DNA of 64,000 bases. Origin: Eubacterium sp. CAG:180 (GTDB lineage: Bacteria > Bacillota > Clostridia > Oscillospirales > CAG-272). Under the pieces are notes generated by a model that was not told where the DNA came from, searched no databases, and was given only the letters and a program-made list of their open reading frames with translations. The position numbers were made by a program, and so were the translations under genes. Shown one piece after another: positions 54,771 to 62,894 of the stretch. The DNA lies in contig CAVGEJ010000001.1 in NCBI GenBank assembly GCA_963628215.1, forward strand, positions 12,571 through 76,570, in the 5' to 3' direction. Positions within the stretch are counted from its first letter, which is position 1. Each line of letters opens with the position of its first letter.

Positions 54771-57448
54771 TGGGGATGGAGGAAAAACGCATCCGCTGGT
54801 GTCGCACAACGCCGCGGGACGCGCTGAAACTGCTCGAAAGCAACGGGCAGAGCGGGCTTTCTCATAAGGAAGCTTATGCAAGACTCCGGAAAAACGGACC
54901 GAACCGTTTCATGGAGCCTCCCAAGCAGGCTTACGGTATTCTGAAAAGCCTGCTTCGTGATCCCGTTCTGCTTCTGACTCTCTTGTGCGGGGTTCTGTCG
55001 CTGTGCTTTGACGAACTTCTGAGCGGTCTGCCGTTCCTGCTCCTGCTCGGTGTATGGAGCGGACTCTTCCTCGGGCGGCTGTTGCACACGATCGGGCGCT
55101 TCCAATCGGATTTTGCCTTTTTCGGCACGCCGTCGGTCACGGTTCTGCGGGAGGGGGAAGCCTTTCTGATTCCCGCCACGCGCGTGGTGCGCGGCGATGT
55201 CATCGTGCTTCACGAAGGGGATATCGTCCCGTGCGACTGCCGGTTGCTCTCGGGCGACGACCTGACCGTGCGCATGACATGGCGCGAGGGAGACAAGCCG
55301 ACCCCGCATCTCTACCGCAAAACCGCCGACCGTCTCTATGCGTTCGGCGACACCGCGCAAGCGCCCGATTTTGAAAATATGGTTTACGGCGGCTCGGAGA
55401 TTGTTGCGGGCAGCGCCGTTGCGCTCGCGGTCGAGTTGGGGGAGACCTCCTTTCTCGGCGCGATGGGCGAACGCTTCGGAAAGAACGTGCGGACGGTCAG
55501 GGGCGAAATGCTCGGCGGCATTCTGCCGTACTGCAAGCTGTTGTCCTTCGCTTCGCTTCTGCTCCTGTTTCTGGTCAGCATCGTGTCGCTGTTCGCCGCG
55601 CCGTCGGCGTACACCTCGCTGCGCGTTTTCCTGCCGGTCTGCGTCATCACCGCGTCGGCATCGGTCGGCGTAACCGGGCTGTACTTTACCGCACTGCTCT
55701 TCCGGAATCGCCGCGCGGCGGGGGCGGAAAAGCAGAAGCGAAACCGCGTTTACATCCGAACTGATATCGCAAACGAGACCCTGCCGTATCTGACCGATCT
55801 TGTGATTACCGACCGCTCCGCCTTCTCGGACGGCAGACTGCATCTGCGCGCGGGCTATACGGGGGACGGTGTGGTAACGGGCGGCGCGCCGCTTGCGGGG
55901 CTTGCCGAAGCCTTTGTTCTGCTTGCAAAGGCGCGCGAGGCGCTTCCCGCCGCGCAGTGCGACCGCTTTACCGAAACCGAGGACATGACCTATCTTTCCG
56001 AGCTGTTGCGGGCAAGCAAATTCGACCTCCACGCGCTTGATATCCGTCTCTCTGCCGTGAACCTGATTGCGGCGGGTGACGAGGAACTGTTGCACGTTGC
56101 CACCGCGACCGAGACCTTCCGCCTGCACGTCACGCACGGCGTGGGCGCGGTCACGGGGTGTTCCGCAATTCAGTCCGAGGGAGGCGTACTTTCCATGACC
56201 CCCGAGCGGTTGGAGCGCATTTTGCGATTCTGCGCACGCGAGGAGGACGCGGCGGGCAGTGTGCGGACAGTGGTCAAAGAGAAGAACGGGCGGTTTCTGC
56301 TCGTCGGTCTGCTTGCACTCGGCGAGGTATTCCTGCCAGACCTGAACGAGCGGTTGGACATGCTGAACCGGGCGGGCGTGCGGGTCTCAGTTCTTCTGCC
56401 GCATTCCCGCGAGGACTGCCTGCGGTACTTCCGCAACTGCTGTCCCGATCTTCCGATCGAAGAACCTGCGGCGCTTGAACAGGACAACGGCGCGGCAATC
56501 CGCATTGCGGCGGGCGCGGATCGGGATTATGTGACAGAATACCTGAAAAAGCTGAAGAAAAATAAGCGGACGGCGGCACTGCTGTGCAACCGCACCGACA
56601 ACCGGCAACTGCTTGGCGCGGCGGCGCTCCGCGTGGTCTGCGACGACTGCTTCGGGCTTCTGTGCGACAGCGGGGAAGCCCTGCCCGAGCGGATTCCGGT
56701 TGCCGATCTCACGGTGCGAGACGGATGCACACAGTCGGTGCGCAATTCCGCCGATCTGATTCTCTGCCGCGCGGGAGCGTCCGGCGGGGGAATCGCCGCG
56801 CTTGAACCGATTCTGCGCCGCTCCAAAGCCATGACATGGCGGTTGCGGGCGCTGCTCTGGAATTTCACGCTGCTCAAACTTGCGCGGATGCTCTTCTTTA
56901 CGCTCTGCGCGCTCTCGGGACTCGGACCGCCGACCGCCGCGGAAACGCTCTTCGTCTGCTTCGGCGGGGATTTGGCGGCGCTGTACGTTGCGCAAACGGG
57001 AAAATTGCAGCATCCCGAGCGCACGCCGTTCCGCCCCGATTACACCGGTCTGATGCGCTTCTTCCGCGACCGCAGAATCGCGGTGTGTACGGCAGTTCCG
57101 CCGCTTGCGATCTGGTTCGTTTCGCTGATTCTGCGCGTGACGGGACTGCTCTCGACGGAAGCCGCGCAGTCGCTCCCGATTCTCGGACTTGCGATTCTGC
57201 AGGTCGTACTTCTGACCTTTGCGGAGTCCGACGACGTGCGGATGCGGACTTCCGCAGGCTACGCAAGGCTTGCAGTGCTCCTGCTCGCGCCGCTGTTGCC
57301 GTCGGTTCTGCTGTCGGTTCTGATTCCTGCGGTCGGTAAGGTCACGGGGCTCGGGACATGGTCGCTCGCCTCGGGCTTTATGACGGTTTTCGCATTCCTT
57401 GCTTCCCTTGCGGGAACATTGCCGATCTTCCGCAAAAAAACGAAATAG
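54770..57448 (+). CDS. P-type (type II-like) cation ATPase homologue with degenerate catalytic motifs (probable pseudo-enzyme)
   Basis: Cation_ATPase_N-like GLSHKEAYARLRKNGPN. A-domain VLREGE...VRGDVIVLHEGDIVPCDCRLL. About 10 TM segments. However, DKTGT is replaced by DRSAF (55811-55825) and TGES by WREG. MxTGD is replaced by LLPHSRED, and GDGxND by CNRTDN. Start is ATG 54770 (TGATG overlap with clpE-like) or 54761/54776. Confidence 0.8.
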   Translation: MGMEEKRIRWCRTTPRDALKLLESNGQSGLSHKEAYARLRKNGPNRFMEPPKQAYGILKSLLRDPVLLLTLLCGVLSLCFDELLSGLPFLLLLGVWSGLFLGRLLHTIGRFQSDFAFFGTPSVTVLREGEAFLIPATRVVRGDVIVLHEGDIVPCDCRLLSGDDLTVRMTWREGDKPTPHLYRKTADRLYAFGDTAQAPDFENMVYGGSEIVAGSAVALAVELGETSFLGAMGERFGKNVRTVRGEMLGGILPYCKLLSFASLLLLFLVSIVSLFAAPSAYTSLRVFLPVCVITASASVGVTGLYFTALLFRNRRAAGAEKQKRNRVYIRTDIANETLPYLTDLVITDRSAFSDGRLHLRAGYTGDGVVTGGAPLAGLAEAFVLLAKAREALPAAQCDRFTETEDMTYLSELLRASKFDLHALDIRLSAVNLIAAGDEELLHVATATETFRLHVTHGVGAVTGCSAIQSEGGVLSMTPERLERILRFCAREEDAAGSVRTVVKEKNGRFLLVGLLALGEVFLPDLNERLDMLNRAGVRVSVLLPHSREDCLRYFRNCCPDLPIEEPAALEQDNGAAIRIAAGADRDYVTEYLKKLKKNKRTAALLCNRTDNRQLLGAAALRVVCDDCFGLLCDSGEALPERIPVADLTVRDGCTQSVRNSADLILCRAGASGGGIAALEPILRRSKAMTWRLRALLWNFTLLKLARMLFFTLCALSGLGPPTAAETLFVCFGGDLAALYVAQTGKLQHPERTPFRPDYTGLMRFFRDRRIAVCTAVPPLAIWFVSLILRVTGLLSTEAAQSLPILGLAILQVVLLTFAESDDVRMRTSAGYARLAVLLLAPLLPSVLLSVLIPAVGKVTGLGTWSLASGFMTVFAFLASLAGTLPIFRKKTK

Positions 57449-57502
57449 AGCGGAGCGCGCCCGCATATACTGTACCGAGCCTATCGGATAAGGAGAAAGG
57501 GT

Positions 57503-57817
57503 ATGAAACGGTACAGTACGGCGGAATTGCGGAAACTGGAAATTGTCAATCTGTGCGACGGCGCACGGCTCGGCTACGCGGAAGATTTCGAATTTGAGGC
57601 GGAAGGGGATTGCTCGCGCATTCTCTCGCTGATTATCTCGGGCAGTTGCGGCTTTCTCGGGATCGGCAGGGAGGACGATCTGGTTATCCCGTGGTGTCGC
57701 GTGGAGTGCATCGGAGAAGATACCATTCTGGTAAAGCTTACGCCGCAGGAGTTCTCAAGCTGTCTCTGCGGCAGAAAAAGCGGCGGACGGCATCTGTTCG
57801 GCAAGCGCAAATGTTAA
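57503..57817 (+). CDS. ylmC: YlmC/YmxH-family (PRC-barrel) sporulation-associated protein
   Basis: STAELRKLEIVNLCDGARLGYAEDFEFE...LIISG....LGIGREDDLVIPWCRVECIGEDTILVK. Confidence 0.8.
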   Translation: MKRYSTAELRKLEIVNLCDGARLGYAEDFEFEAEGDCSRILSLIISGSCGFLGIGREDDLVIPWCRVECIGEDTILVKLTPQEFSSCLCGRKSGGRHLFGKRKC

Positions 57818-57844
57818 TAAAATGTAAAAACGAGTAAAAACCGA

Positions 57845-57873
57845 TTGAAAAAGGCGACGGAATATGGTATAAT
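57845..57873 (+). promoter_or_regulatory. rpsB-tsf promoter
   Basis: TTGAAA (57845-57850), 17 nt, TGG-TATAAT (57868-57873). About 140-nt leader. Confidence 0.55.
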
Positions 57874-57906
57874 TCAATGTAATTGTGCCGGACTGTCGCC
57901 TTTTTG
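57848..57906 (+). terminator. terminator-like hairpin after ylmC whose loop contains the rpsB -10 box
   Basis: AAAAAGGCGAC (57848-57858) pairs with GTCGCCTTTTT (57895-57905). 36-nt loop; T5 tail. Confidence 0.4.
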
Positions 57907-58023
57907 CGTCGGCGGCGCAAAATAATACACACATCGGACGAAAATCGCCTCGGTGCCGTGCCGTGCGGTGCGGTTTCGGCGGATGCGTCGCGATGGTGGA
58001 AAAACCGAAGGAGGACATGAAAC

Positions 58024-58755
58024 ATGTCTGTTATCTCGATCAAGCAGTTGCTTGAAGCAGGTGTTCATTTCGGACACCACACCAGAAGATGGAACCCGAA
58101 AATGCAGGAATACATTTTCACGGAGCGGAACGGTATTTATATTATCGACCTGCAGAAAACCGTGAAAAAGTTCGACGAGGCGTATAACTTCGTCCGCGAA
58201 CTGTCCGAAAAGGGCGGCACTCTGCTGTTTGTGGGTACGAAAAAGCAGGCGGCGGAAGCCATCAAGGAAGAGGCTACCCGTTGCGGAATGTACTATGTCA
58301 ACGTGCGTTGGCCCGGCGGTATGATGACCAACTTCAAGACCATCAAGAAGTCGATCAACCGTCTGAACAACCTCTACAAGATGCAGGAGGACGGCACGTT
58401 CGATCTGCTTCCGAAGAAGGAAGTTGCCGCGATGCAGAAGGAAATCTTCGATCTCGAGAAGAGTTACGGCGGTATCAAGACCATGGAGCAGCTGCCTGAC
58501 GCAGTGTTCGTGGTTGACCCCAAGAAGGAGCACATTGCGGTTCTTGAGGCAAAGAAACTGGGCATTCCGGTTATCGCAATCGTGGATACCAACTGCGACC
58601 CCGACGACGCAGACTATATCATCCCTGGTAACGACGACGCAATCCGCGCAATCAAGCTGATTTCCTCCTCTCTGGCAGACGCCGTGATCGAGGGCAAGCA
58701 GGGTGAAGAGACGGCGGAAGCGACCGCCGAAGAGACCGCGACCGACGCGGAGTAA
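58024..58755 (+). CDS. rpsB: 30S ribosomal protein S2
   Basis: [43 protein letters not shown]. Confidence 0.97.
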   Translation: MSVISIKQLLEAGVHFGHHTRRWNPKMQEYIFTERNGIYIIDLQKTVKKFDEAYNFVRELSEKGGTLLFVGTKKQAAEAIKEEATRCGMYYVNVRWPGGMMTNFKTIKKSINRLNNLYKMQEDGTFDLLPKKEVAAMQKEIFDLEKSYGGIKTMEQLPDAVFVVDPKKEHIAVLEAKKLGIPVIAIVDTNCDPDDADYIIPGNDDAIRAIKLISSSLADAVIEGKQGEETAEATAEETATDAE

Positions 58756-58773
58756 TCGAAAGGGGAAACAAAA

Positions 58774-59697
58774 ATGGCTGCTATTACCGCAAAAGATGTT
58801 GCCGCGCTCCGCGCAAAGACCGGTATCGGTATGATGGAGTGCAAGAAGGCGCTGGTTGAGGCGGACGGCGATATGGACGCCGCTGTCAAGATCCTGCGCG
58901 AGAAGGGCGAATTGAAGGCTGAATCCAAGATGGCAACCAGAATTGCCGCCGACGGACTGGTTGAGATTCTCAAGGAAGGCGACCTGACCGCAATGATCGA
59001 GGTCAACTCCGAGACCGACTTCGTGGCAAAGAACGAGACCTTCAAGGCGTTCGTAACCGATCTGCTGAAGATCATCATCGCGCAGAAGCCCGCAACGGTG
59101 GAAGCCCTGATGGCTTGCAAATATGACGATGAGATGACCGTTGACGCCAAGCTGAAGGAAATGATCTTCAAGATCGGCGAAAAGCTGACCGTTCGTCGTT
59201 TCGTTCTGGTCGAGGGCATCACAAGCACCTATATCCACGGCAACGGCTCGATCGGCGTTGTTGCGAAGTTCAAGACCAATGTGGCGGACAAGCCCGAGTT
59301 CGCGGCGTTCGCAAAGAACATCGCGCTCCAGATCGGCGCTTACCCGACACCGTATCTCTGCCGCGAGCAGGTTCCCGCGGACGTGATCGAGGAAGAGAAG
59401 AAGATTCTTCTGGCGCAAATCGCAAACGATCCCGCAAACGCGAAGAAGCCCGACGCAATCAAGGCGAAGATGGTCGAGGGTCGTGTTTCCAAGTTCTACG
59501 ACAACAACTGCCTGTTGGATATGGGCTATGTCAAGGACGAGGACATGAAGGTCGGTCAGTACGTCAAGGCTACCGCAAAGGAACTGGGCGGCGAGATCGA
59601 AATCGTGGAATTCTACCGCTACGAAAAGGGCGAGGGAATCCAGAAGCGCGAGGACAACTTTGCAGAGGAAATCGCAAAGCTGACCGCGAACAAGTAA
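58774..59697 (+). CDS. tsf: translation elongation factor Ts
   Basis: ITAKDVAALRAKTGIGMMECKKALVEADGDMDAAVKILREKG. Confidence 0.97.
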   Translation: MAAITAKDVAALRAKTGIGMMECKKALVEADGDMDAAVKILREKGELKAESKMATRIAADGLVEILKEGDLTAMIEVNSETDFVAKNETFKAFVTDLLKIIIAQKPATVEALMACKYDDEMTVDAKLKEMIFKIGEKLTVRRFVLVEGITSTYIHGNGSIGVVAKFKTNVADKPEFAAFAKNIALQIGAYPTPYLCREQVPADVIEEEKKILLAQIANDPANAKKPDAIKAKMVEGRVSKFYDNNCLLDMGYVKDEDMKVGQYVKATAKELGGEIEIVEFYRYEKGEGIQKREDNFAEEIAKLTANK

Positions 59698-59712
59698 TCG
59701 ATAGAATATCGC

Positions 59713-59761
59713 AAAAAGGGCGGATCGAAGAAATTTTTTCTTCGATCCGCCCGCTTTTTTT
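59713..59761 (+). terminator. rho-independent terminator after tsf
   Basis: GGGCGGATCGAAGAA-atttt-TTCTTCGATCCGCCC (perfect 15 bp) followed by GCTTTTTTT. Confidence 0.88.
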
Positions 59762-59771
59762 CCGAAACCTC

Positions 59772-59799
59772 TTGACAAATCCGGAATTTGTGGTATAAT
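59772..59799 (+). promoter_or_regulatory. ylxM-ffh promoter
   Basis: TTGACA (59772-59777), 16 nt, TGG-TATAAT (59794-59799). Confidence 0.6.
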
Positions 59800-59840
59800 G
59801 TAAAGGAAATTGCTTTACACTCGGAAGCGCGGTGAATCGT

Positions 59841-60173
59841 ATGTTTGAAAAGAATCTGAAAATCGGGTTTCTGTTGGATTTTTACGGAGATATGCTTTCC
59901 GAGCGGAAAAGAACCGTGTTGGACTACTATTACAACGACGACCTCTCGCTGTCCGAAATTGCGGACGAGATCGGCATCTCGCGCCAAGGCGTGCGGGAAC
60001 TGATTAAAAAGGCGGAAGATGAGTTGCTGTTTTTTGAAGAAAAATTGGGACTGGCGGCAAGATTCCGTCAAGCAGGCGAGCAAGCGAAACGGCTTCTCGG
60101 GCTGTTGCGGGAACGGGATGCCGACAGCGAGATCATGGAAGCGGCGGAGAATCTTGCAAAGTTGATCCGCTGA
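59841..60173 (+). CDS. ylxM: YlxM/UPF0122 putative DNA-binding protein (SRP operon)
   Basis: MFEKNLKIGFLLDFYGDMLSERKRTVLDYYYNDDLSLSEIADEIGISRQGVRELIKKAE. ATG at 59841 preferred over the GTG at 59832. Confidence 0.85.
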   Translation: MFEKNLKIGFLLDFYGDMLSERKRTVLDYYYNDDLSLSEIADEIGISRQGVRELIKKAEDELLFFEEKLGLAARFRQAGEQAKRLLGLLRERDADSEIMEAAENLAKLIR

Positions 60174-60193
60174 CGAAAGGAGGGGAGTGTGCC

Positions 60194-61537
60194 GTGTTTG
60201 AAAGTCTTGGCGAGAAGCTGTCAAACGCATTCAAAAAGTTCAGAAGCAAAGGAAAACTGACCGAAGCGGACGTCAAAGCGGGAATGCGGGAGATCAAGCT
60301 TGCATTGTTGGAAGCGGACGTCAACTTCAAGGTGGTTCGCGACTTTATCAAGATCGTGTCCGAACGGGCGGTTGGAAGCGAGGTTCTGGAATCGCTCCTG
60401 CCCGCACAGCAGATTGTCAAAATCGTAAACGAAGAGCTGACCCGTCTCATGGGCGGCTCGCAATCCAAGCTGACGATTGCCTCCAAACCGCCAACGGTCA
60501 TTATGATGGTCGGTTTGCAGGGCGCAGGTAAGACCACGCACGCAGGGAAACTTGCGGGACTCTACAAGAAGCAGGGCAAAAAGCCGCTGTTGGTTGCCTG
60601 CGACGTTTACCGTCCCGCGGCAATCAAGCAGTTGCAGGTGGTTGGAGAAAAACTGGATATCCCCGTGTTCACCATGGGCGATCAGGTCTCTCCCGTTAAG
60701 ATTGCAAAAGCGGGCGTTGACTATGCCAACCAAAAAGGCTACGACATGGTGTTCATCGACACCGCAGGTCGGCTGCAGATCGACGAAGTCCTGATGGAGG
60801 AACTGGAGCAGATCAAAGAGGCGGTCAAGCCGACCGAGATCCTGCTGACGGTGGACGCGATGATCGGTCAGGAATCGGTCAACGTGGCGGAAACCTTCAA
60901 CAACAAACTGGACATTACGGGTGTCATTCTGACCAAACTGGACGGCGATACCCGCGGCGGCGCGGCGCTTTCCATCCGTTATGTGACGGGAAAGCCGATC
61001 AAGTTCGTGGGAACAGGCGAAAAACTGGATACCATCGAGCCGTTCTATCCCGACCGCATGGCATCGCGGATTCTCGGCATGGGAGACGTGCTGACGCTGA
61101 TTGACAAGGCGCAGGCGGCTTACGACGAGAAGCAGGCGGTGGAGTTGGAAAAGAAAATGCGCCAGCAGACCTTTACGCTTGACGATTATCTCGGGCAACT
61201 GATGCAGCTGAAGAAGATGGGAAATCTGGATCAGCTTGTCGGCATGATGCCGGGGATGAACGCCAAGGCGCTGAAGGACGCAAAAGTGGACGAAAAGGTG
61301 TTGGTGCGAACCGAAGCCATCATCCACTCGATGACAAAAAAAGAGCGGGAACATCCCGAGATCATCAATGCGTCGCGCAAGAAGCGCATCGCGCAAGGAT
61401 CGGGAACTTCGGTTGAAGAGGTCAATAAACTGCTCAAGCAGTTCGACCAGATGCTCAAAATGATGCGGCAGTTTACCGAAATGGGCAAAACCCGCAAAGG
61501 AAAGAAAATGCTCGGCAGAATGAAGATGCCTTTCTGA
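60194..61537 (+). CDS. ffh: signal recognition particle protein Ffh
   Basis: MFESLGEKLSNAFKK...MMVGLQGAGKTT...DTAGRL...KLDGDTRGGAALS. Met-rich M domain. GTG start after AAAGGAGGGGAG. Confidence 0.97.
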   Translation: MFESLGEKLSNAFKKFRSKGKLTEADVKAGMREIKLALLEADVNFKVVRDFIKIVSERAVGSEVLESLLPAQQIVKIVNEELTRLMGGSQSKLTIASKPPTVIMMVGLQGAGKTTHAGKLAGLYKKQGKKPLLVACDVYRPAAIKQLQVVGEKLDIPVFTMGDQVSPVKIAKAGVDYANQKGYDMVFIDTAGRLQIDEVLMEELEQIKEAVKPTEILLTVDAMIGQESVNVAETFNNKLDITGVILTKLDGDTRGGAALSIRYVTGKPIKFVGTGEKLDTIEPFYPDRMASRILGMGDVLTLIDKAQAAYDEKQAVELEKKMRQQTFTLDDYLGQLMQLKKMGNLDQLVGMMPGMNAKALKDAKVDEKVLVRTEAIIHSMTKKEREHPEIINASRKKRIAQGSGTSVEEVNKLLKQFDQMLKMMRQFTEMGKTRKGKKMLGRMKMPF

Positions 61538-61591
61538 TTTCACCGTTCATTCATAAAACCATATTTTATTTATTTTTCGGAGGAAAAAATC

Positions 61592-61837
61592 ATGGCAGTA
61601 AAAATGAGACTTACCAGAATGGGCGCAAAGAAAGCTCCGTTCTATCGCGTTATCGTGGCGGACAGCCGCTCGCCCAGAGACGGTCGCTTCATCGACACGA
61701 TCGGCACTTACAACCCGCTGACCAACCCCGTTGAGATCAAGATCGACGCGGAGAAGGCAAAGAAGTGGCTCGGAAACGGCGCTCAGCCGACAGAAACCGT
61801 CAAAGCGCTTCTGAAGAAGAGCGGAATCGTTGACTGA
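61592..61837 (+). CDS. rpsP: 30S ribosomal protein S16
   Basis: [40 protein letters not shown]. Confidence 0.97.
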   Translation: MAVKMRLTRMGAKKAPFYRVIVADSRSPRDGRFIDTIGTYNPLTNPVEIKIDAEKAKKWLGNGAQPTETVKALLKKSGIVD

Positions 61838-61862
61838 TTCCCTTCCACAGGAGTAACGCGGT

Positions 61863-62099
61863 ATGGCAAATTTACAGGAAACCTTGCTTGATATCGCGAA
61901 AGCGATTGTCGATAACCCCGATGAAGTGAAGGTTGCAACCGAAGAGGATGAGCGTTCGATTACGCTCACGCTCACGGTTGCGGCGGACGACACGGGAATG
62001 GTCATTGGCAGACACGGAAGAATCGCGAAAGCGATCCGCACGGTCATCAAGGCTGCATCTGCCGGCAGCGGCAAAAAAGTGAATGTGGAAATTCGTTGA
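61863..62099 (+). CDS. KH-domain RNA-binding protein (YlqC/UPF0109)
   Basis: LLDIAKAIVDNPDEVKV...DTGMVIGRHGRIAKAIRTVIKA. Confidence 0.9.
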   Translation: MANLQETLLDIAKAIVDNPDEVKVATEEDERSITLTLTVAADDTGMVIGRHGRIAKAIRTVIKAASAGSGKKVNVEIR

Positions 62100-62102
62100 A
62101 GC

Positions 62103-62135
62103 CGAAAAACCGGACGCTTGCCGTTCGGTTTTTCG
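62103..62135. other. 14-bp hairpin directly after the KH gene (possible attenuator/terminator)
   Basis: CGAAAAACCGGACG-cttgc-CGTTCGGTTTTTCG (one G-U pair). The U-run is part of the 3' arm rather than a free tail. Confidence 0.4.
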
Positions 62136-62153
62136 TTATAAGGAGGGGAGGAC

Positions 62154-62831
62154 ATGGAGAAATCGGAGATCTTTCGCTTTCCCGAAGAGCGGGAAGGGGA
62201 AGAACGTTTGCGCGGCATGACGGCGGAAGAACTGCTTGCGGCGCTTTCCCGCCTTGAAAAGATGTTGCCGACCGCACCCGATCCAACAACCGGAGACAAG
62301 CGGCGGCAGGCGGTGAAAATTCTGACGGTTCTGGAACAGGAAACCGCCCGTTTTCTCACGGCGGAGCGCGGCAAAACCGATGTATTCGGACATCTGCGGG
62401 ACGTGAACGGCTTTTACGCGGACTACTGCGGAATGCAGGCTGTCGTGCAGGAGGGAGCAGAACGGTTGGAGAACCTTTGTGCCCGGGAAGTCGGCGGGCA
62501 AGCCGTTGACCGTTACACGGAATGGGCAATCCTCAGACTGTCGCAGGGCTTGCACGCTGATCCTGCCGTCACCGACGCGGCGCGCGCACTGGCAGTCCGG
62601 CTTCGGGAAGCGCAGGACAGACAGGCGAAGGAGACCGAACGTACCACGCGCCTGCAGGCATGTCTGCGTACCTTTCTGCGGAAAACAATCCCCGCGTATT
62701 GCGAGCGCGCCCTGCCGCTCTCGGACGCGCGGAACGACGGAAAAGCCCCGCAGGCAGGACAGCTGTTGGCACTGGTTGGGGAGTTGAACGACGCCATCGC
62801 GCGCACAAGACAGGCGCTTGAATCGCTCTGA
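62154..62831 (+). CDS. hypothetical protein (Ala/Glu/Arg/Leu-rich, predicted helical)
   Basis: 225-aa ORF with strong AAGGAGGGGAGG RBS. The opposite-strand ORF (62136..62849) is Arg/Cys-rich junk. I recognise no motif. Confidence 0.55.
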   Translation: MEKSEIFRFPEEREGEERLRGMTAEELLAALSRLEKMLPTAPDPTTGDKRRQAVKILTVLEQETARFLTAERGKTDVFGHLRDVNGFYADYCGMQAVVQEGAERLENLCAREVGGQAVDRYTEWAILRLSQGLHADPAVTDAARALAVRLREAQDRQAKETERTTRLQACLRTFLRKTIPAYCERALPLSDARNDGKAPQAGQLLALVGELNDAIARTRQALESL

Positions 62832-62835
62832 CCGC

Positions 62836-62864
62836 TTGACAAATCGCAAAAGCTGTGTTACAAT
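62836..62864 (+). promoter_or_regulatory. glpK promoter
   Basis: TTGACA (62836-62841), 17 nt, TG-t-TACAAT (62859-62864). Confidence 0.55.
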
Positions 62865-62894
62865 AAAAACAGAATATGATTCGGAGGTTTTGCT

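Noticed and set aside
62136-62849. 237-aa minus-strand ORF opposite the hypothetical protein at 62154..62831
   Set aside because: The composition is Arg/Cys/Phe-rich with no RBS. The + strand ORF has a strong AAGGAGGGGAGG RBS and plausible helical composition. Neither has homology support, so the + call itself is only moderate confidence.
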